From Anthoceros angustus (Eukaryota; Plantae; Anthocerotophyta), in NCBI GenBank assembly GCA_010909165.1, contig VJWM01000283.1, positions 1 through 64,000 on the forward strand: a DNA stretch of 64,000 nt, read 5' to 3'. The number at the start of each line of letters is the position of its first letter. Within the stretch, counting starts at the first letter, position 1. Positions 1 to 10,249 of the stretch are shown piece by piece. The notes under the pieces were generated by a model. The model made no database searches. It had not been told where the DNA came from and saw only the letters and a program-made list of their open reading frames with translations. Both the position numbers and the translations under genes were made by a program.

Positions 1-770
1 AACGAGTTGCTCCCCTTGTGAATGGTTGCTGTGAAATTGCTTTGCTTTGGGTGTGTGGCAAATGCCTGCAGAACTCTGCTTGAGGGTAGACTACTGTGGA
101 AAGACTGGAGGTTCTCGCCCGTGTCAAACTCATAGCAACCGCCCAAGGAAGAACTTCGGTGGAGGCGGACCTGTGCGCCAGCTGTAAGGGCGAGTCGAAA
201 CCAAGAAGCCCGAATCGAGGTTAGACTAGGAGGAAGAGGATGAGGAGATGAGAAGATGAGTAGAGGATTAGAGGTGTAGGTGTTAGGAAGGCCACAGTGA
301 GCCTAAGGGACGAATCCCAACTGCAAGTAAACGAGCGCCCCGAGTGGAGAAGAGTCTTAGAAGTAGGGACGAATCGCGTGTGAACTGGGGTCCCCGGCGC
401 CTGTGGTAGGCTCACGGAGGCAGGACTCGCAATTGTGTGTCGTTGTAGGTCAAGTTTGGTCTTAGAAGTAGGGACGAATCGCGTGTGAACTGGGGTCCCG
501 CGCCGTAGGCTTTGTCACGAGGTGACCCGCAATTGTTTTGTGTCGTTGTAGGTCGAGGGTTGGCGATTTTCAAGGCAAGTGGTGCACCGAAGAGGGAGAG
601 TAGAGCGCCTTGTTTTTAGAAGGTCGAGAAGTGTCACCGCAGCGACGGGCATCACAAGACCTCGAACTTTCACACAAGTCTCATGGGACGCAAACCCAAC
701 GCACGTTTAAAGGATAAGTGTGGTCCGCTTATAGTGGGAGGACCTGGGAGGCCCTGATTCTCCTACCACT
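1..770 (-). repeat. Gypsy-type LTR, truncated by the window edge; inverted homolog of the LTR at 44900-45762
   Basis: 1-770 aligns to the reverse complement of 44900-45540 (AACGAGTTGC at 1 = RC of 45531-45540; homology ends at CCTACCAC ~769, matching the TGTGGTAGG start at 44900). Confidence 0.8.
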
Positions 771-951
771 TGCACGGGATTTGTTGTTGAAAGGTTGGAT
801 AGTTTCTAGACCAACTCTTCTTTCTCGGATGCATACAGAATGGCAAGGGTAAGGAGTCGATACATATCTCCATCTCACTGATTTGTCTCATACCCCTCAT
901 AGAGCACCCTCACCCCATGGCCCTTCCTACAATTCAAGCGGCATCACGGCT

Positions 952-1143
952 TGTGGCCATGCTTAATCGAGACTTCCGTTAACCTAGTCTTGCTAAGAGG
1001 GTTAGGTTAGTTCTACGTTTAGTTAACCTCACATGGTTAGTTAATTTACCTTTGGGTTACATTAACATACAACTATATAAGACACAATTTTGTTAGTTAA
1101 TTATTCATTGTTTTGTGTTGCATACCGCTCATGCTTCAGCACA
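952..1143 (+). repeat. Possible short copia-style solo LTR
   Basis: TG...CA ends, GTTAGTT-rich core and TATATAA near 1074, similar in style to the copia LTRs in this window; no TSD or second copy. Confidence 0.3.
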
Positions 1144-1149
1144 TTGTGT

Positions 1150-1640
1150 CAAAGCACCAATCTATTGTAACGTAGTCTTGTCCCGATCCTCCTTTACCCA
1201 TTGATTGTAACTCGCCGGTATCAGGAGGTGTCCTATATTTCATGCGCCTGCCACCGTGTCGACATTGTCCATGAGGGGTGGTGGTCCTTCTTCGCGCTTC
1301 AAGCTTCCCGAAATCTTGACACCCGAACCTTCCTAACATGGGTACAATTACAATAGGAGCAACCCACTCTGAGCACCAAATCACTCCTGCCCGTCGGTCA
1401 CTCCGACCATAGAATACTTGGGTCTCTGCTTGATCTGCAGAGGCCGCCTCCTTCAAATTGATCCAGTGTACCCAGCCCTCCGAATTGCCATGTCAAGAAT
1501 CTTGAAGGCAAACACTCACATACCCCTAAGTACCCTACAAAACTCCTCTTTCTCTACCGCTCCTAGGTATCTAGAAATCTTGACTACCTTGCTAGGCTCT
1601 AGCTCTAGATCTTCTACTGCGTCTCGATCTACATATGTCC
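1150..1640 (-). pseudogene. Ty3/gypsy (Athila/Tat-like) reverse transcriptase N-terminal fragment
   Basis: Across frames: PSKVVKISRYLGAVEKEEFCRVL, WVAPIVIVP..GRFRxCQDFxKL, SYNQ.WVKEDRDKTT..DW; truncated near 1150. Confidence 0.8.
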
Positions 1641-4050
1641 CCTCCGGACTACTACCTATACTGTTTACCTCCACTGGATGCCTTCTCTTTCCCACGGTTT
1701 CAGGGATTCCCCTGATCGCTTTCTTTACAATCTTGCGGGATCTTGGGCTCACCGCAAGCAACTGTCTCAAACTAACCACAAATTCTCGGTCAAGCAATGC
1801 GTCAGCAAAACTCGAGATCTTATCTGGCAAGGTTTCCTCCCCGTTTGCAGCCCTGACGCTGGTCGGCTCCGACCTTATTGGTAAATTTCTCGAATCCATA
1901 GTCCCCCCTATCGGTGGGGACTCCATACCCGGCGGATCAACAACTCCAGGCTCCGCTGCCTCCTTCCTCATATGCTGGGTGAGCCTCTATAACCAGCATC
2001 TCCGCCACTTCGCGACTGATGTCGGGAGGGAACACCGTTCGCCCCTCCCCTTCCTTGGGTTCCTCTATTTTTCGCCCTACCACGGTAGGCTGCCTGCCTA
2101 CCGTCGTAATGCTACTCCGCCTTTTGCCTCCATGTGTCCTGCTGGGGTGCCTGATGCCTCTTTCTTTCCTTTGGGACAACCTTCCTTCTAGGACCTTCTC
2201 CGCTCGCCGTTGGTCCACAAGGTCCCGCTGGAGCTTCTCCACATTTCTCTCCAATTTGGCTGCCTTCTCGTTGGACTCCATGGCCTCCTGCCACTTGGTC
2301 CTCGGCCTCAAGTCATCTCTCGGGCCTTGTTGCCTGGATTTCTCTGACATGCCCATAGGAGGCCGTTAGCCTCTAGCCCCTTCACCCACGCTAATCCGAA
2401 AGCACTGCTGTGCACTCAAAGAAATCTCCTAGGGACCCCACCCTCGCCTCCTCTTAAAATCTCAGCCCCTTGCACTCCTGGGCCATCACAGTGGTCCTGC
2501 ACGCCGCTTCCATCCGCCTTCCGCCCGCCAAGGGTGATGGCGCCCAGGCGCGCCAAGCGCCTCATGACCCTTTCCTCTTCTTCCCCACCGGTCATTCACC
2601 TGCTGTAGGGGGTGCCTCGCCACCGCAGTAGGTTGAGCCCCTCACCGTGGTAGTCTCCGCTCCTACCGCTAAGAATCGATGGGGTGCCTCCTTCGGCACC
2701 CATGAAATGGGGGATTCCCACCCTTGGGTACCACCCTACTGCAGGTAGTCCTTCATCATAGACCACCATTTGGCCCCCTATGGCCTGATCTTGACTTCCT
2801 CCTCCTCGTTCTTCTTGTGGGGGAAAAGCCTCCCACTCCGACAATCTCGCCGGCGTTGCCTCCACCTCCTCTATCCTCGGACCTGGCGCGCTTGTGGAGG
2901 TTTGCCCTCCCACTGTCTTCCTTAGCGCAAAGGGCAAAGGCCTCTCTAAGCTTGGCTGGAGGTGGATGATCTCAAAAGGATGCCAAGCATCCTCAAGCTC
3001 CTTGCTGGTCAAGAGCCCCTCTATCTCCCACAAATGCACCAAATAGGTGCTGAGGTAGCATGGCCTGCCTCCTCATCCACTCAGATTCACGGGAGGAGCT
3101 CCTCGATGGTGTATGTAGGCTCATACATGATAGTTCCCCAATCCGCTTGGCTCGCTAAATCTTCCACAAGAATTGAAGGGTTGGTGCTGAAATAAGAAGC
3201 AATTCACCAATCCCAAGACAATCTTGGCAAAGAGCCCACTCAGCCCCTTGACATGTCCGCCTTCCGCCCGCTTCTTGGCGTGGCTTTCACCCCCCATCCA
3301 TCATGTCTAAGGAACTCGTGGAATTTCAAATGGAAATTCTTCCCTCCGCTCGACCTCTCGAGGAGAGCGACTCGAGCCTCCTTCTCCGGGTCCCATACAC
3401 CTGCTAACGCTTCAATACTCCAACAACGGGCCGCTCGAGCATTCTCTCCGCAAAGCGGCATGCCTCCATTGATGGAGGTTGATGTAACACCTCAATCAAC
3501 TCCAAATTGGTAGGCCATTGGCGGCCATACACCCACCCCAATGATGTTTTCTCGGCCCATTGCTTGAAATCCACCAAATCTGGATTGAGCTGCTCAAACA
3601 CGAAATTGTGCATCTCAAAATCGCCTCACGGCGCGGCCTCATGCCGCTTCTTTTCCTCCTCCTGGGTCGAGCCCTTGGTGGGCCGCCCTTGCCTTTCCTC
3701 ACTGAGGCCGCGGCGCCTTCGCCCAAGCGCCCAAGGAAGTAAGTTACTTCCCAATATCGGATCGGCTCAGCTTCGCCGGGCTTCCCTGTGGCTTCTCAAA
3801 AGCCTCTCCTCTCGACAAAGAAACCCCAGTGAGACACAATTCCATGTTAGTCCAGTTTGCTTCCCAAATTCTGGATTGCCACCCCTCTTTCCAGAGCCAA
3901 GGCGCCGCCATAATTAGGGTCTATATTCTTCTCAAGGCCTCATCGGACCGCCGGACACCCTCGATGCTCCAACCTGGCTGCCCGGCCCTCCTCGACATTT
4001 CCTAGCCAACGAGGCCTGCCTTCTCACGTTCCACGAATCGACACTTTCCT
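1640..4050 (-). pseudogene. Degenerate accessory ORFs of a non-chromovirus gypsy element, function unknown
   Basis: Protein-like fragments (HNFVFEQLNPDLVDFKQWAEKTSLGWVYG; DAWHPFEIIHLQ; coiled-coil KLERNVEKLQRDL; GRQPT) loosely resembling minus-strand fragments at 46200-48500. Confidence 0.45.
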
Positions 4051-4351
4051 CTACCTCCTTCTCCTTTTCTTCCTTCTCTTTTCTTCGACACCGCCGTGGC
4101 CTCCAGGATCTTCAGCTCGCGCATGACCTTTGTCGCGGGTCATGCCAGGGTACCTGGGGTATGGTTGATATTGGGACGCCCCGAGTATGGCATCGAGCCC
4201 CAGTATGGCGATATCGACCGTATGGCTGGGGCATGTCCCCCGAGTATGGCTGATCTCGTCGGCATCCTCCTCCTCTTTCACCACATTGGCAATGCAAGTT
4301 CCTCGCCATGGACCCGCCAATTGTGCCAACCCCATCGAAACATAGTTCTCT

Positions 4352-5071
4352 TGTCGAAAAGCACACGATGTCGTTGGGCGATCGTCGATAGAGGTAGAGG
4401 GCCTCACATGATTGTGAGGCTGGCGGAAATCGTGACACGCTGCGGATCGCCTCCCAAGGTCGATCCCAAGGAAAACATCAACACATTCCACACACCAAAA
4501 TTTTAAATTGCAATGCTTCTTTCTCCTTACAGGCCTGTGCACGACTTCAACAACGCCTACAATGGGCGCCCTCTCCTTTTTGTCCAGCGCCATCTCAATC
4601 TCCACGCCGATTCACTTGGGTTGGTCCCTTGCTTTCCCATGATTCCTCGGCCTCGACCCTTGGTGTGAGTCATCATGGGCGCCCTTCACTGCAGAGCAAT
4701 TCTAGGGTAGGCTAACCTAAGCCAACTCCTAGGTGTTGTTAATGAAACCAACCCTAACTAAACACACCAAAACTAATGTGAATGTGTTAGTTTGGTTGGT
4801 CAAATATACATACCCTTCAACCCGCACTAGCCTATCTCAACAAAAGGAAAATAAAGCTAGGTAAGTAAGTAGTAGGTCCTAGACAGACCTCAGTTGTTTG
4901 GGACTTAGAGTGTCTGAGCGTTGGGCTGAGTGAGTCCGGGACGTCCGGGTGAGGAGAGAGTCCGTCGGGGCTGGGAAGTCCCGGGACGTCGGGGAGGAGA
5001 GTCCCAGGCCAGCAGGGAGGCCCATCTCTAGTCACACCGCACATCACGGTCTCCCATTTATTGTTTTTGCA
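4352..5071 (-). repeat. 3' LTR-like terminal repeat of the DNMT retrotransposon
   Basis: Aligns along its length with 13100-13873 and 18940-19628 (e.g. AACATCAACACATTCCACACACCAAAA; GGCTAACCTAAGCCAACTCCTAGGTGTTGTTAATGAAAC); TG...CA ends. Left boundary uncertain. Confidence 0.75.
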
Positions 5072-5447
5072 CGATCGGTGTCGTGCGAATCAAGGTACCT
5101 AGGGTATGGTTGATATTGGAAAGTAGCCGTGTAAATCTTGGGGTTGTCGAGTATCAAGCGATCTTGGGGTCCCAGTATGGTTCTGAGGCATCCGTGATTG
5201 GGGCATCCGAGTATGGCTGATCTTGGGACTGTCCAGTATCTCGAGCATCTTGGGGCATCCGGTATGGGCGTCTTGGGGCTGTCCAGTATGGCTGATCTTG
5301 GGAGCGTCCCTCCTCCTCTTTCACCACATTGGCAATCTTGAGTTCCCTTCTCGCCATGGGTATTGTGCCAACCACACATCGAAACATAGTTCTCTTGTCC
5401 CCCGGTGTTTGGGTCTTGATGGTAAGTGCTCATGGAGCAGGTGTTGC

Positions 5448-5571
5448 CGCGCTTGGGGCAATACACTGGAGTGGGGACTTGGACAAAGGTGGAAGTCAGC
5501 AGCGATGGTATCCTCCATTACTATCGGCAACATCAAGTCTAGATCATCGATCGTTGGCATACTTGGCATGG
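5448..5571 (-). pseudogene. PHD finger at the C-terminus of integrase (frameshifted)
   Basis: Reconstructed: PCQVCQR.DD.DLML.(C)D.(C)NGGYH.C..PPLS.VPTPV.YCPK, matching C4HC3 PHD spacing, preceded by NCAP(C)HLPNLDPTI. Confidence 0.78.
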
Positions 5572-5599
5572 GAGTGTCTATTTGGGGAATCAATCGGTG

Positions 5600-6620
5600 A
5601 CAATGGTGGGATCAAGATTTGGGAGGTGGCGGCGCACAATTCTTCATGTGGTCGGTGGTTCGCCCATCGACTCCTTGCGACAAAGAACCCCGTTGGATCT
5701 CGACCTCCTTGACCCGCACATGCGGCTGCTTGGTGTCCAAAGTATCACGAGGTTTGCCTTTAGATGAAGTCCCCACACAGAATTTCTTGACTTAGGGGCG
5801 GCGCCAGTGTGGGCATAGCGGAGGGTGTCTCGGTCGAGCAATGCGCCAAATTGGCCATGGCCATAGGCATTGCTTGGCGAGAGCAGCCGTGTCCAATGAC
5901 TCGAGCCTTCTGGTCATCCAAGTCCACCACCTCGTACATGTGCTTGGCAATGGAACTAGGGGCGGTGGCTCCTACCAAACAGTAGGGCTGAAATGAGCCA
6001 AGCTATGCTTGCTCATACGGTATCCCATGGCATATCTGAGTGACAAGTCCCCACTCGGTCTTGGGCAGCAGGCGAGTTTCCTAAGACCCTTCTTGATGGT
6101 CACAACCATCCGCTCTGCCAACCCATCGACTGGGATGATCACGGTGGTCCGGTGATCAATGAGGGCTGAATCCAAAAGATCTTGGAACTCTCCCGGAATT
6201 GAGCCTTGGTGGGTGAGACACTCGGCAACTTCCAAATCTACCCAAGGCGTCTCAAGAATGCTTGGGCCGTGCTCAAGTGAAGTCTTGTCTGCGCCACTAC
6301 CTCAACCCACTTGGAGAAATGTTCCATCATAACGAGAATGTAAACATTCCCTCTTGGTGTCCGTGGGAGCTCTCCTATCAAGTCACAAGACCACCTGAAA
6401 AATAGTCCCATGATCAGGAGTGGGTGGAGCTGCGGATGTTGGATAGTGAATGAGGTCTTGACCCGGTCACACTCCTCACAGCACGCCACCTGTTGCTTGA
6501 CCTGAGCATGCATGCCATGCCAATAGAAGTGAGGAACCAACAGGCTGTAAGTGTGCTCGACACCAAAGTGTCCCATGTCGTTGTGTACTCAGCGGATCAG
6601 CTCCACCCGGTCCGCCGGTG
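5600..6620 (-). pseudogene. Integrase (HHCC zinc-binding + DDE core + C-terminal part)
   Basis: GHFGVEHTYSLLVPHFYWHGMHAQVKQQVACCEECDRVK; RWSCDLIGELP..YILVMMEHFSKWVEVV; DGLAERMVVTIKKGLRK. Confidence 0.93.
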
Positions 6621-6919
6621 GTGGAACTAGGCGCTCCACCATTATGTTCGTGAAGGTAGCCATCCGCCATTGGTATGAGGAGGCCGCTGCTGATCCGCTC
6701 TGCTCTAATCTCAAGGAGGAGTCTAGTTGACTGTTGCAAAAACTTCAAAGTGTAATCCTCCACACGTCCTTGGGACTCGATCACGGCGTTGGCCTCCAGC
6801 TCCAAGACAGACCATAGCCGCAAAGCGGCCGAGAAGACGGGGCATTCGAATCAGCATCTTGCCTGCCAGCATCTTATTTCTGTCTCCGTTCGGGACAAAG
6901 TGTCGTTTGATGTGATGCG

Positions 6920-7250
6920 GCCGGTGGACCACCTCGAATTCATAGTCTTGAAGAATCATGGCCCATCTGGCCAGCTTACCAGAGCTTGGTGTTGGTCATG
7001 AGCCACTTGAGATGATCGGTGACCAGTAGTAAAGGGCTTGCCATAGAGGTAGGGCGAAAGTGGAAACGGCCCTGCAGACACTCTCCTTGGTAGCTGTAGT
7101 TTGCTCTATTGTTGTTGCTACGATAGGCAATCACTGCTCCCTGCCCTTCCTCTAGCGGGCCAGCGCTCCAAGTCCCAAGATGCTCCATGTGGACCACAAA
7201 GGGCTTCTCAATCGCCTAGCCATGACGGGTGCCTCGGTCAGCCTTTCCTT
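6920..7250 (-). pseudogene. Retrotransposon RNase H
   Basis: VIAY..RSNNNRANYS.YQGECL, HFRP, LLVTDH.LKWLMT, KLARWAMILQDYEFEVVHRP. Confidence 0.88.
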
Positions 7251-8150
7251 CAAGGATTGAAGGCTGAACCACCTCTGTCCATTCCATTTGACATCCTTGT
7301 GCAGCAGTCGTTAAGGGGCTTGGCTATTCGGAAGTTTTGGATGTATACTCGATAGTAGTTGCATAGACCCAAGAAAGCTCGTGGCGCCCGAAACATTGGT
7401 AGGCTCCTTGACCTGTGGGATGGCGAACCTTGAGTGTGGCGTCCACTCCATTGGGCACAATCGATGTCCAAGGTAGCCATGTCACTCCCAAACTCGCACT
7501 TAGCCGGGTGGCAAGTCAGCTGTGCCTTCCTCAAGCGCTGAAATAGGTCCTCCAAATGGACTAAATGTGACTCAAAGTCCGCGCGTGGACAAGCACATCA
7601 TCAATATAGCACACTAGATTGGCGGATCCAGCAAGCACTATGTCCATGACACGCTGAAAAGTGACCGGTGCATTCTTGAAGGAAGGCATCACCAGCCATT
7701 CCACAACTGCTGGGAACCATGGAAAGCGGTTTTCTTGATGTCCTCCTCAGCCACCGGACCTGGTTGAAGCCTTGCGAAGGTCGGTATGGAGAAGAAAGTG
7801 GAGTTGCCAATGCTTGTCAAAATCTCCTCGGGGTCGGCATTGGGTACCGGTCTGGCGGTGACAGATTGATGGGACCAGTAGTCCCCACATCCGCTTCTCA
7901 TCCATAGGCCATTGCTGTCCTTCTTAGGTGGCATGGTGGCGGGCATAGTCCGAGTGTGAAGGACGGATGAGCCGGCTTCCGGCAATTCTTGACAGCGTGC
8001 ATCCACCATGTCCCATCTGCTGAGCACATGCGTCGCGGTAAATGGGCTCCTTGCTGGTCGATTGATGTGAAAAATGGCCACATTGCGCTTGACTCCTTCA
8101 TGGAGAAAGCGGTCCTTGTCTTGAAGTATCAAGGCGCAGTGCCACTGTCC
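7250..8150 (-). pseudogene. Reverse transcriptase (gypsy type)
   Basis: MPPKKDSNG..CGDY, GFNQV, EEDIKKTAFHG, catalytic YIDD at 7597-7608, LEDLFQRLRKAQLTCHPAKCEFG, AFLGLCNYYR. Confidence 0.93.
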
Positions 8151-8439
8151 GGCGCTAAGCTTGGGTCCCATGGTCCATGGAAAAGTCTCGACACATAGCT
8201 TGAGCTTAGGTGCTGGTGGCTTGTCTCCTCGGGAGCGCATCGGGACTCCAGCCACCACCGCTGGATGCTGAAAAACATTCATGGGCGCCCATGCCTCATG
8301 CTCTCCCCCCCACCAATAAGACCCGGTGGTGTAGCAGTGGAAGGGCAAATGCATCAAGCCAGTGGTGTGCCAGGCGCAACTCCATCGAGTGTCCCGGATC
8401 GGGATAGGAGTTGAAAAGCAAGGCAAGCACTCCTGGCGG

Positions 8440-9260
8440 TCGGGCTGAGATCCATAGCTCGCCTAAAAAGGCCGTGACGTGGACTGTGGAGCTGGTGGCA
8501 TGGGTGTGGAACCCCATGATGCGCTCCCGCTCTTCCACGTGGGCTCCTCCCACACAGTATCGTGTTGAAGCAAGCTGTCCCTTGTCCCCTATGCATAGGG
8601 GAAAGCTCACCAAGGTAGGCAAAGTCTGCTGGGGTCCCGGGACATTGGTAGGATACCAAGGTGGCTTCTCAGCTTGCACCGGCCAGTGCAGTGATGGGCG
8701 TCAAGGCGCAAGGCGAAGAGTGGGGTCCCGAGTAGTCCGGACAGCACCTGTGTCCAACAAAGGTGAGGCCAAATTGGTCCAATAATTTCGCGGTGAGCGA
8801 AACTACCCACTTGTGCGCATCTAGCAAGAGGGTGTGCCCACATGGTGCTGAACCATCATGTCTTGGCGCAGAAACGAGTATCCCGATTCTGGGTGTTCTC
8901 TAAGACATAAGCGCAACCGGGTGAACTCCCAATCGGTGAGAACACTGCAATCCCAAAACAGGTCATGGGGATCTTGCAATCACCTCCCTGCCTTGAGAGA
9001 ATCCTGCATTCCCATCCCGACCACCACATCAATGGGCGCTAGGAGTTGGATGTCTTGAAATGAATATCCGGATATCTTGGGAAATGCGGAAAGGTCGGTG
9101 ATTGTGGCACTGCGTTGGGAAGCCTCAGCATCCTTTGAGTCGATACTGCATGCGTAGGGCTGTAGGACAGGACATCACATGAAACATAGCGAGTGATCAG
9201 CCCATTCTCAAGAAATGCCTCAAGACCGGTGCAGAGCCCGCCAAAGAGTTCCAAGCATGG
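8440..9260 (-). pseudogene. C5 cytosine DNA methyltransferase domain within pol
   Basis: Motifs in canonical order: I LELFGGLCTGLEA (~9216-9254), II YVSCD, III QDIR, IV IDVVV.GWEC(Q)D (GWEC 9006-9017), V GLQDP..LFWD, VI YVLENT (8892-8909), VII/VIII LLDA.QVGSFAHR..NYWTNL (8770-8830), IX EERERIMGF (8509-8535), X LLG(R)AMDL (8447-8470). Confidence 0.88.
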
Positions 9261-9759
9261 TAAGGTCGGGTCTGGTGAGGTCCATGTGAGGACAGGTCTT
9301 GTTCAAGAGCCGATGGGAGCATACTCACTCGGTGGAGGCTTCACTGCGGTGCACGCACCAGTGGGGTGACCAAAGAAAGAGTTGTCCGCAAGAGGACATC
9401 CGAAGGCGTGGCGGAGCAAGCTAGTCTCACGCAGGGCCCGCCGGCTTCATCGTCTCCAGCCCGTCATCCATGTGTTGGCATCCATTGGGAGCGGGGTCCC
9501 GGACACCGAGACTCGAGCATTGGGACCTGGAAGTCCCGGATCGACAACTGAAGGTAGCCAGAGTACTTGAGGCAGCCAAGGTGAGATATCCACTTGTCGC
9601 CATGCGATCCAAAGGAATGTAGGCGATCTCAGTCCTCCGCTCTTCCAATCGGGCGATAGAAAGCTTGCTCGGTCCAATTGTCCACGCTAACACCGTGGGA
9701 ACAAAACTCTGTCCAAGAGAATGTCATAGTGGTTGGTTGTGTGACAAGGCAATGAGCAA

Positions 9760-10010
9760 TGTCATAGCGGCCTGTGCTTCAAAGTGATAGACACGGGCTG
9801 CAAAGTCTCCCCGCTCACGGGCTCCAAGGATCCTGATGCTGTCCGAATGTTCCAAGGTGAGTGCCGGAGAGCATCACCACTCAAATGCAACCTGGCAGCG
9901 AGCGCTTTTCCAAGAATTACCGGCTGAGCCCCTGTATCTAGGAGAACGAGCTTGGGCGCGTATCCATTGATCAGCACATGTCCCTCCCGGTTGTCCACCA
10001 TGGCATTAGA
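9760..10010 (-). CDS. Retroviral-type aspartic protease
   Basis: VLINGYAPKLVLLDTGAQPVILG; DTG at 9930-9938; later IRTASG flap-like motif. Confidence 0.85.
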
Positions 10011-10249
10011 GACACGAGCGGACAGCCGATTAGTAGGCTGGATCCGTGGCCGATCTTGGCGGGGTGATGCTCGATGAGAAGAGCATATGCCGAGATAGCG
10101 GGGTGGGATTCATCCGATCCGGTGAGGAGGTCCGCTGTCCCGTGAGAGGGATCGAGCCTGCCCAAGTGGGGAACATTCCGATGTCCCATGGGCGGGGGAC
10201 ACATGCCCCGCCCTAAGTCCTCACGTCGGGTGGCCTTTGGCGAGATCCT

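Noticed and set aside
4051-4605. ORFs inside the terminal repeats (also 12794-13309, 18628-19269)
   Set aside because: Similarity simply reflects the repeat; frames are inconsistent and no domain is recognisable.
8440-9260. Host DNMT3/DRM gene or bacterial contamination
   Set aside because: Intronless, collinear with pol domains on both sides, and lacks host accessory domains or restriction-modification neighbours.
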